Assembly: GCA_001542995.1 (NCBI GenBank)
Contig: LFLA01000025.1
Span: 27,606 to 91,605 of the forward strand
Direction of reading: 5' to 3'
DNA from: Nitrospina sp. LS_NOB
Lineage (GTDB): Bacteria; Nitrospinota; Nitrospinia; Nitrospinales; VA-1
Length of the DNA: 64,000 nt
Within the stretch, counting starts at the first letter, position 1. Each line of letters starts with the position of its first letter. This document shows positions 56,787 through 64,000 of the stretch, in pieces. The position numbers and the translations under genes are program-made. The notes below the pieces were generated by a model, which had not been told where the DNA came from, ran no database searches, and saw only the letters and a list, made by a program, of their open reading frames with translations.

Positions 56787-57923
56787 TTATTTCCTGAGAT
56801 TTATAGTTGCGGGAATACTATAGGTAGGCTTCCACAGTTTAACTTTCTGTCCTTCTCTTAAAAAAGGCACACCGGCGACAACCAAATTTTCGCCCTCCTT
56901 CAGCCCTTTCACAACTTCCAGTTTATTACCACGGAGATCGCGAATGCTGACTTGGCGTGCCTCAATAATGCGTTTTTCCGGATTGAAAACAAAAACTCTT
57001 GCCCATCCCTCGGTACTGTCAGCCTTCCCCTCCGGGATACGCAAATCAAGCGCGGAAACGGGAATGAGGTAGACCGATGTATCCTTTGATTCGCCAAAGT
57101 TAAAAGTAACCTGGGCCGTCATGCCAGCACGGATATCTGATGTGGTTTTGGAAAGCAGAATCTTTACAGAGAATGCGTTACCCTTTTCCGCCCGCGCCCC
57201 TATTTCCGAGATGGTTCCACCGATAACAATATCCTTCAATGTGGGAAAGTTCACACTGACCACATCACCATAATTCGTATCACGAATAAGCGTTTCCGGC
57301 ATGAGCACTTCAACTTTATGACCACCTTGACTTTGCAACTGAAACGCCACTTTTCCTGCCAAAGTATCAACAAATGGATCGATCATGCGCTTTGCAATTT
57401 TCCCAGAAAAAGGTGCCCGTAAAATTGTATCTTCTAGATCGTTCTGGGCTGTTTTAAGTCTTGTTTGTGCAACACTTACACTGCTTTTTGAGGATTCAAA
57501 TCCGGTTTGCGCCTTGTCAACGGCGGCTTGAGAGACAAAATCTTTTTTCTTGAGAGATTTTTGCCGCCTTAAAGCATCTTTCTTTTCGGCCAAATCCGCT
57601 CTGGCACCTGCAAGATTAGCCTGGGTTTCTTCCAACGACAGCTTGTATGTTTTTTGGTCCAGGGTTGCAAGAACTTGTCCCTTTTTAACAGTTTCCCCTG
57701 TTTTCACCTTAACGCTCGCAATACGGCCTCCAACTCGAAAGCCAAGCGAGGATTCATCTGTTGTCTCGACAACACCTGATATTTGTCGGCTGTTGGATTT
57801 ACTGGCCTCAGAAATAACCATAGTTTTTACGGCGCGCACAGGTTGCACTTCAGGGTTTTCAACCACATGATTGCAAGCTGATAACATCAATATCGAAATC
57901 ATAGAAATAAACAACTTTTTCAT
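56787..57923 (-). CDS. RND-system periplasmic adaptor (MFP, HlyD/AcrA family) lipoprotein
   Basis: Lipobox MLSAC, coiled-coil hairpin region, barrel-sandwich and beta-barrel domains. I take the start at ATG 57923 (MKKLFISM...). Confidence 0.88.
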   Translation of the reverse strand: MKKLFISMISILMLSACNHVVENPEVQPVRAVKTMVISEASKSNSRQISGVVETTDESSLGFRVGGRIASVKVKTGETVKKGQVLATLDQKTYKLSLEETQANLAGARADLAEKKDALRRQKSLKKKDFVSQAAVDKAQTGFESSKSSVSVAQTRLKTAQNDLEDTILRAPFSGKIAKRMIDPFVDTLAGKVAFQLQSQGGHKVEVLMPETLIRDTNYGDVVSVNFPTLKDIVIGGTISEIGARAEKGNAFSVKILLSKTTSDIRAGMTAQVTFNFGESKDTSVYLIPVSALDLRIPEGKADSTEGWARVFVFNPEKRIIEARQVSIRDLRGNKLEVVKGLKEGENLVVAGVPFLREGQKVKLWKPTYSIPATINLRK

Positions 57924-58008
57924 ATCTTCCTTGCATATCTGACGTGACTTATGGAGGCAAGTATAATACATTTGCTCAAAAGAATCACACTATAAGGCAT
58001 CATCTCTT

Positions 58009-59418
58009 ATGAGTAGACGTAAAATTTTCAGAAGTGTTTTAGCTATTGCGCTCTGTTTGTTCCTTAATGCCTGCGCCACAACGCAGAAAGAACCAACGGT
58101 AACCAAACAGAAGCCATTGGCAACACCTGAATTTGATGTACCTGAAAAATTTCAAAGCACACTGCCACAGGCTTCTGCCCCTGTTGTGCAATCCGACTGG
58201 CTCAAATCATTCAATGATCCAAAATTGGATGCTTTGGTTGAAGAAGTTCTGAATAAAAATTTTGACCTGCAAATTGTGGCCGCAAAAATAGAGGCGGCAA
58301 TGGCATCTGCCAAGCTAGCCGGTGCGGATTTAACCCCTGCCGTGAATTTGGGCCTGTCGAATTCGAATCAGGGTAATCTGGCAAGCGGTCTTTCCAATGA
58401 TATTTCTACCATTGGAGCTTCATTGGATGTTTCGTGGGAATTAGATATTTGGGGTCGCATTGCTGCCGGACATAATGCCGCAACCAAGGAGCTTGTCGCC
58501 TCAAAGTTGGATTATGCCTTTGCAAAACTTTCCCTTGCGGCACAAACGGCCAAAGCCTATTTTTTAGCAATTGAAACAGGACGTCAGTTTCGATTGGCTG
58601 AAGACCATGTTGCCAATTATTCCAAAAGCCTGGAAGTCGCAAACGCCTTTTTTGCAGAAGGCATAGTTTCGATTCAGGATATTCACCTTGCCCAATCAGA
58701 AAAGGCCCGTGCGGAAGATGCATTGGGAAAAAACAAAAGCGCACATCTTGAAGCATTGCGTAGTCTTGAGGCATTGCTGGGTCGATATCCTTCTGCCAAG
58801 GTTGAAATCGCCAAGGAATTTCCTTCCCTCCCTTCTCCGGTTCCCTTTGGCATTCCATCGGAGGTTTTGGAACGGCGTCCAGATATCGTTTCTGCTGAGC
58901 GCCGGGTTGCCGCAGCTTTTGAAAAAGTGACAGAAGCCAAAGCAGCGAAACTGCCGCGAATAAGCCTGACTGGGAGTTTGGGCGTTGCTAGCAATGGGCT
59001 CTCAACTTTGATCAATCCCGCAAATGCTTTGTGGAATGTAGCATCAAATTTAATGTTTCCCCTTTTTGACGGAGGTAAGCTGGATGCCCAGGTTGAGGCC
59101 GCTACGGCTTCTCAAAAACAAGCATTAGCTGCCTATCAAAAAACGGCACTAGCTGCGTTCAGTGATATTGAGACAGCTCTTAGCAATGAATCCATATTCA
59201 GAAAGCGTGCCCAAAGTTTAAAGGTTGCTTTTGAACAGGCAAAGCTTGCTGAAGAAATCGGTATGGAAAAATATAAATCAGGTGAGGGTGACCTTTTGGA
59301 CGTCCTTCAATTGCAACGTGCAACAACTTCTTCCCAAACGGCTCTTACAAGAATTGAAAATGACCTGCTTGTCCAGCGGGTCAATTTGCATCTTGGTCTT
59401 GGGGGAAATTTTAAATAA
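58009..59418 (+). CDS. outer-membrane efflux lipoprotein (NodT/OprM-type OMF)
   Basis: Lipobox FLNAC. Two TolC-like repeats (RPDIVSAERRVAAA..., LDVLQLQR). Confidence 0.9.
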   Translation: MSRRKIFRSVLAIALCLFLNACATTQKEPTVTKQKPLATPEFDVPEKFQSTLPQASAPVVQSDWLKSFNDPKLDALVEEVLNKNFDLQIVAAKIEAAMASAKLAGADLTPAVNLGLSNSNQGNLASGLSNDISTIGASLDVSWELDIWGRIAAGHNAATKELVASKLDYAFAKLSLAAQTAKAYFLAIETGRQFRLAEDHVANYSKSLEVANAFFAEGIVSIQDIHLAQSEKARAEDALGKNKSAHLEALRSLEALLGRYPSAKVEIAKEFPSLPSPVPFGIPSEVLERRPDIVSAERRVAAAFEKVTEAKAAKLPRISLTGSLGVASNGLSTLINPANALWNVASNLMFPLFDGGKLDAQVEAATASQKQALAAYQKTALAAFSDIETALSNESIFRKRAQSLKVAFEQAKLAEEIGMEKYKSGEGDLLDVLQLQRATTSSQTALTRIENDLLVQRVNLHLGLGGNFK

Positions 59419-59467
59419 GAAGAACTACCATGAAGATGACTATTTAGTAAATTAGAGGAGATGATTT

Positions 59468-60124
59468 ATGCAAAATGCCTACAAAGAGATATTAACTCTT
59501 TCATTGATATATTTTTTATCAGCATGTAGTCCCATATCCCAAACAATCAAAGAAGACAAAGTTCTCGGTGAAATTGACGGGTTAGAAAGAATAGAAGCAG
59601 GTGGAGATGCTTTAATATATCGCCGCCCAGGTTTCAATCTCCGAAAGTTTGATAAATTTAAAATTGATCCCGTCCGCACAAAATTATCTTCAAAAGAGAG
59701 AGCTGAAATTTCATCGTATGACAAAAGGGAGCTTGAAAAATACCTGCGAAGGGCTGTTTGGTTGGAGCTAAGAAAGGGAGGATACGAAGTGGTCAATAGC
59801 ACGGGTCCTGGTGTTTTGGGGATACGATTTACGCTTTCTGATTTAAATTCAGGTAATCCATATTTAAATGTTCTTCAATTCCATCCTCTTGGCGCTTCTT
59901 TGGATGTGGGAGGCATTACCATTGAGTCTGAATTTTATGACACGTCTAACAATCAGGTTAATGCCATCGCTGTAGTAGGTGCTGAGGGGGCTAGAAAGTT
60001 TAATATCTCGTCAGTAAATGGGCAATGGGGGGATGTGAAAAAAATATTCGATGAATGGGCAAAAGGTTTCCGAAATAGATTGGATGAAAAACACTCCAAC
60101 TACAAAAAAGATGATCTGCCTTAG
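59468..60124 (+). CDS. putative lipoprotein (resembles DUF3313)
   Basis: Lipobox FLSAC. 218 aa with no other motif. Co-directional with the OMF gene. Confidence 0.65.
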   Translation: MQNAYKEILTLSLIYFLSACSPISQTIKEDKVLGEIDGLERIEAGGDALIYRRPGFNLRKFDKFKIDPVRTKLSSKERAEISSYDKRELEKYLRRAVWLELRKGGYEVVNSTGPGVLGIRFTLSDLNSGNPYLNVLQFHPLGASLDVGGITIESEFYDTSNNQVNAIAVVGAEGARKFNISSVNGQWGDVKKIFDEWAKGFRNRLDEKHSNYKKDDLP

Positions 60125-60338
60125 TCTCTTTTCATAAATGAATGAAGAGTGGTTTCCTATTTTTCATCTTGACTTTTTGCTAGAGAAAATTGATCGCGCG
60201 AGGTAGGTTAACCGCTTAAAACTTTATAATATAGCCAGTTGTGAAAACTTTGTCAGCAAGATTATTTAGTATCCCGGCCTCTCACGCCGGGAGCTGAGGT
60301 GCAAATCCTTGGGGCCACTCCCTGTGATCTAAATTTTT

Positions 60339-60413
60339 GGAAGTGGTAAATGTCCGCTTTTGGCCGAAAGCCGACATTGATCCTGACCTGCCCCAGTTAG
60401 TTGTACCACTTCC
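60339..60413. repeat. 75-bp element bounded by perfect 10-bp inverted repeats, with an internal 12-bp hairpin
   Basis: GGAAGTGGTA ... TACCACTTCC. Inside is AATGTCCGCTTT-TGGCCG-AAAGCCGACATT (11 of 12 positions paired). Confidence 0.5.
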
Positions 60414-60509
60414 TAGGTTAGAATTGTCGCTTTTGGTTTAATCGTCTCAGGTGCTGGAGGTCGATAATTCAGTGAGCTATGCGGTCGAAATTAGTTATAT
60501 TCCTTCCTC

Positions 60510-60756
60510 CAGTTTTCAGTCCATTTTTGTTCGTAATGGTTGGTTGCGCAGCTATAATCATTATGAACCTAAAATTTTATCGGTTTTTTTTCAGGATTTT
60601 TTAACTGCTGGAAAGATGATCTAAGGAAGCATCAGGGAGAAGAGTTTTTGTTGGCCTGGATAACGAAACGGTCACTCATCATAAAGATGGCAGTGCACCT
60701 GATGGTCTTCTTCCAGTTGAATTTGACGGGGGACTTCATTTTTGCAACGATCCATC
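60510..60756. repeat. direct repeat copy B (~247 bp), overlapping the genuine 3' end of the ABC ATPase gene
   Basis: See copy A. It covers the last ~28 codons (60672..60756) plus about 160 bp downstream of the gene. Confidence 0.9.
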
Positions 60757-61640
60757 ACTTTTGGACAACGCGGGTGAAAATGACAGCCGGATGGGGGATT
60801 TAGAGGAGAGGGGACGTCTCCCGGAAGGGGTTGTGGCCGGTTGCGGGACCTGGGGTCCAGGGATGGCTTGGAAGCGAGCAATGCCTGGGTGTAAGGGTGT
60901 GCTGGATTGTTGGCAATTTGTTCTGTGCGGGCCAGCTCCACGATTTTCCCCAGATACATGACAGCGGTTCTTTGGGAGAGATGCTTGACGACATTCAGGT
61001 CGTGCGAAATAAAGAGCATGGACAGGTTTTCTTCCTGCTGAAGCGTTTGCAGTAAATTGATGATTTGAGCCTGGATAGATACATCTAATGCGGAAACAGG
61101 TTCATCGCAAACGATATAACGGGGGCCAAGCGCGAGAGCTCTGGCAATACCGATGCGTTGCCTTTGCCCCCCAGAAAACTCGTGCGCATACCGGTTTAAA
61201 TACATGGGAGAAAGTCCGACCTTCTCCATGAGCGACTCCACCTTTGCTCGCAATTCTTTTCCGTTGATATGGAAATGCACGGAAAGTGCCTCTCCGATAA
61301 TTTGCTCGACCGTAAACCTGGGATTCAGTGAGCTATATGGGTCCTGGAAAATGATCTGCATCCTGGGACGGAATTTTGCCAGCTCCTTTCTGTTCAGTTT
61401 GAAAATATTGGCATCTTCAAAATACACCTTCCCGGATGTGGGTTGCATGAGGCGCAAACTCATTCGCCCCACCGTTGTTTTGCCGCAGCCGGATTCCCCG
61501 ACAAGCCCTAAAACTTCTCCTTCATGGATATCAAACGACACGCCATCCACAGCTTTAACTTGTCCGACCACTCGCGAGAACAGTCCTCCGTATACTGGAA
61601 AATATTTTTTCAAAGACTGAACAGTCAATAATTTTTTCAT
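60672..61640 (-). CDS. oligopeptide/dipeptide ABC transporter ATP-binding protein (OppF/DppF type)
   Basis: Walker [10 protein letters not shown], signature FSGGQRQR, Walker [12 protein letters not shown] and the oligopeptide-type C-terminal extension ([10 protein letters not shown]). Confidence 0.92.
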   Translation of the reverse strand: MKKLLTVQSLKKYFPVYGGLFSRVVGQVKAVDGVSFDIHEGEVLGLVGESGCGKTTVGRMSLRLMQPTSGKVYFEDANIFKLNRKELAKFRPRMQIIFQDPYSSLNPRFTVEQIIGEALSVHFHINGKELRAKVESLMEKVGLSPMYLNRYAHEFSGGQRQRIGIARALALGPRYIVCDEPVSALDVSIQAQIINLLQTLQQEENLSMLFISHDLNVVKHLSQRTAVMYLGKIVELARTEQIANNPAHPYTQALLASKPSLDPRSRNRPQPLPGDVPSPLNPPSGCHFHPRCPKVMDRCKNEVPRQIQLEEDHQVHCHLYDE

Positions 61641-62605
61641 GCTGTAGGCGTGGTTTCATATAGCCAGCAGGCAGTCTTATGGGGATTTTTTCCGTCAACA
61701 GATTCCAATGGAGGAATCATCTTCATGCACTGATCGAGTTTTTCTGCGCACCGGGGATGAAATGCGCAACCTTCGGGCAGGTATGCCGGGTGGGGAACGG
61801 TTCCCGGTATTGTTTCCAGTTTAGCACCGTCTTTGGGTAATGAATTTAGCAGGCCGCGGGTATAGGGATGTGCCGGCGAGGCAAACAACTCTTCAACCGG
61901 GGCCAGTTCCACCACCTTTCCTGCATACATCACGGCTACCCGGTCGGCGTATTGGGCGACGATACCCAGGTTATGGGTGATGAGCAGAATGGACATATGG
62001 GTTTCTTTTCTCAATTGATCGAGCAGGTCGAGAATCTGCGCCTGAATGGTAACATCCAAGGCAGTGGTGGGTTCATCGGCGATGAGAAGAGCTGGCTTGC
62101 AAACGATCGCCATGGCGATCATCACGCGTTGCTTCATGCCGCCTGACAGTTCATGCGGATACTGGTCAATCCTGTTCTCGGGAGAGGGAATGGCCACTTG
62201 GCGCAGAACGTCCAGCGTCAACTCACGGGCCTGAGCTTCCGTTTTGTTCTGATGCAGAAGGAGGGCTTCCATGATCTGGTCTCCGACGGTGAATATCGGA
62301 TTGAGAGAAGTCATAGGTTCCTGAAAAATCATGCTGATTTCGTTGCCGCGGATGTTTTGCATTCCCGCTTCGGAAGCCTGTAGAAGATCCTGCCCTTTAA
62401 AAAGGATACGGCCCGATTCGAATTTTCCCGGAGGAGTGGGGATGAGGCGCATGACACTTAAGGCTGTGACAGATTTCCCGCAACCGGATTCACCCACCAG
62501 TGCCAAGGTCTCGCCTTTGTGGAGGGTCAGGTCCACATTGCGTACGGCTTTAACGATGTTTTCTTCGGTGTGAAAAAACGTGCTCAGGTCTTCGATTTCG
62601 AGCAT
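61637..62605 (-). CDS. oligopeptide/dipeptide ABC transporter ATP-binding protein (OppD/DppD type)
   Basis: Walker [10 protein letters not shown], signature LSGGMKQR, Walker [12 protein letters not shown] and C-terminal [10 protein letters not shown]. Its stop overlaps the start of the OppF-type gene. Confidence 0.92.
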   Translation of the reverse strand: MLEIEDLSTFFHTEENIVKAVRNVDLTLHKGETLALVGESGCGKSVTALSVMRLIPTPPGKFESGRILFKGQDLLQASEAGMQNIRGNEISMIFQEPMTSLNPIFTVGDQIMEALLLHQNKTEAQARELTLDVLRQVAIPSPENRIDQYPHELSGGMKQRVMIAMAIVCKPALLIADEPTTALDVTIQAQILDLLDQLRKETHMSILLITHNLGIVAQYADRVAVMYAGKVVELAPVEELFASPAHPYTRGLLNSLPKDGAKLETIPGTVPHPAYLPEGCAFHPRCAEKLDQCMKMIPPLESVDGKNPHKTACWLYETTPTA

Positions 62606-62638
62606 GCTATCTTTGAAGGAAAAAAGGTGTCAGACGTT

Positions 62639-63556
62639 TTAGGGGTGGTCATGACCTTCGTGGTCGTCGTGATCTTCATGTTCGTCGTGTCCGTCGTCTT
62701 CATCGAGGATATCTTCATAGCGGTATTCATCATCCTCATCAATGTCGTAACGATTCAGCTGGGTATCAATTTTTTCCGACCACAGATCGATGCCACCTTC
62801 CAGACACTTCATGTTGGTGAATCCTTTCTGGGTCAGCCATTTCTGAAAGCTGGGACTGCGATCCTGTTTCCAGTCGATCAAAACTATTTCGCGATCTTTT
62901 TCAAAGGTTCCCAGAACATGGTCATTGTTTTCGGCATTGATGATATGCGAGCCCTCGATCTTGGAAATATCTCTTTCCCAGCTTTCGCGAATGTCCAGTA
63001 GGACGGGCTTGTTGTCGGAATCTATTTTTTGCTTCAGTTCCTCACAGGTCATGACGGCAATGTTTTTGTCTGCATGCTCCCTGTTCAGACAGTTGATAAC
63101 CTCTTGTACATTTTTCCTATGGGTCTGGCATAGAGAGGCCAGGGTTTCATCCTTATTATAGGGAGTCACTGGCATACCAATATGAAATTCTTTGAAGAGC
63201 AAGGTATGGACCTCCGGAAAAATCTGGTTGGCCGTTTCCATAGACAGCTCTGCATTGAACGGGCCTTCTATTTTTTCCACTTCAATTTCAGAAATTTTAA
63301 GGATGTGATAACCGTATTGGGAATGAACCGGGCCGATAATATTTCCTAAATCTGCTTCGGAAACTTCCTGTCCCATAATGGATTGCAGATTTCCTTCTGG
63401 CATCCATCCCAGGTCACCAGCGTTTTCTTTGGAGGGGCAGGTGCTGAAGTTTGTCACCACCTCTTCAAAAGGAGTGCCGCTATCTAACTGTTTCTTTGCC
63501 GCAACGACATCTTCCTTGGAATGGGTAAAAATCTGGCTCGCTCGAACCCGGATCAT
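62639..63556 (-). CDS. fusion protein: PpiC-type parvulin PPIase + DUF1858-like middle region + rhodanese-homology domain + acidic/His-rich tail
   Basis: Parvulin: RASQIF...CPSKENAGDLGWM...GPVHSQYGYHILKI. Rhodanese: VLLDIRESWE...IVLIDWKQDRS...LEGGIDLW. Tail: DEDDGHDEHEDHDDHEGHDHP. I take the start at ATG 63556. Confidence 0.8.
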   Translation of the reverse strand: MIRVRASQIFTHSKEDVVAAKKQLDSGTPFEEVVTNFSTCPSKENAGDLGWMPEGNLQSIMGQEVSEADLGNIIGPVHSQYGYHILKISEIEVEKIEGPFNAELSMETANQIFPEVHTLLFKEFHIGMPVTPYNKDETLASLCQTHRKNVQEVINCLNREHADKNIAVMTCEELKQKIDSDNKPVLLDIRESWERDISKIEGSHIINAENNDHVLGTFEKDREIVLIDWKQDRSPSFQKWLTQKGFTNMKCLEGGIDLWSEKIDTQLNRYDIDEDDEYRYEDILDEDDGHDEHEDHDDHEGHDHP

Positions 63557-64000
63557 AGGCTTGTCTCCTGAATGCTTAGTTTGTAGAGGGATATGATAGT
63601 ACGCTAACCGTTTGATGTCAAAAGCCAGTTTAAAGGAGCAAAATAAATGCTGGTGCTCAAAGCGATTGAAGTTCCAAGCCTTAAAAACTATTTTATCTAA
63701 AGGTTTTAGTGATTTTGCGGACCGGCCGATAAAAAAAGTGAGAGGAAGCTTCTTGGAAAGCTGGTTAAAATGTGACAATTATGTGACAAAGCTTTTAGAA
63801 TCAGAAGCTTATAATAGTATCAATAAAAAGATGAGTAATTTTTATTAGGGCCATGAGCAGAACAGAGGCTGGTTTTTAATCATTGTGACCAGTATTTTGT
63901 AGAGATCCTGACCGCTTCGTCTAACAAAAAAAGAATCTTCTACATAACTCATACTCACTTTTCCTCCATTAAAATATTATTAATTTCGCCTTACTTGTAT

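Larger units (their letters stand above)
53651..60509. mobile_element. ~6.9-kb RND-efflux island bracketed by the 249-bp direct repeats (no integrase or transposase inside)
   Basis: Content is RND pump, MFP, OMF, a lipoprotein and about 385 bp of structured non-coding DNA. The boundaries are where the two repeat copies diverge. Confidence 0.4.

Noticed and set aside
1-64000. CRISPR arrays, rRNA genes, transposase/integrase genes, toxin-antitoxin pairs
   Set aside because: I saw no regularly spaced short direct repeats, no rRNA-like segments, and no ORF with DDE, tyrosine- or serine-recombinase or typical TA motifs.

Overview
This is a 64-kb chromosomal segment from a diderm bacterium (LptD, a secretin-like gene and an OMF lipoprotein are present). 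I cannot assign a taxon without a search; the gene content reminds me of a marine chemolithoautotroph such as Nitrospina, but that is a guess. Most of the window is housekeeping. In order: two J-domain proteins flanking a membrane protein, a small frameshifted secretin-like gene, a Kv-type K+ channel and an FGE/SUMF1-domain protein. Then a glycogen cluster (glgB, GH57, malQ, convergent glgP), an ABC-F ATPase and tRNA-Pro(CGG). Next is a co-directional string of leuA, cmoA, a Zn-ribbon gene and a radical-SAM gene. Then a CBS protein, gltBD behind a sigma-54-type promoter, htrA, dnaK-grpE-dnaJ, a PilZ protein and a split cheX-like gene. The stand-out is a tightly coupled 10-gene minus-strand operon (45205 to 34812). 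A DUF2309/DabA-type putative vectorial carbonic anhydrase, with its Zn-ligand pattern intact, leads a complete Mrp/Mbh-type membrane module. That module has three antiporter-like subunits and no redox module, and a small winged-helix regulator lies just upstream. I read it as a candidate multisubunit, ion-gradient-driven inorganic-carbon pump, larger than the two-gene DabAB/MpsAB systems I know of. Downstream are folC-lptD-pyrE, an SPFH/NfeD-like pair and a ~6.9-kb RND efflux island. The island holds an RND pump frameshifted in a C10 tract, an MFP, an OMF and a lipoprotein. It is bracketed by ~249-bp direct repeats that duplicate the 3' end of the adjacent oligopeptide-type ABC ATPase gene, with short inverted motifs just inside them. 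The window ends with two Opp/Dpp-type ATPases and a parvulin-rhodanese fusion. I saw no rRNA, CRISPR array, transposase or integrase. Five ORFs are interrupted or lack a canonical start, so assembly errors must be excluded before any is called a pseudogene. All calls rest on reading the translations and sequence by eye; no searches were run.
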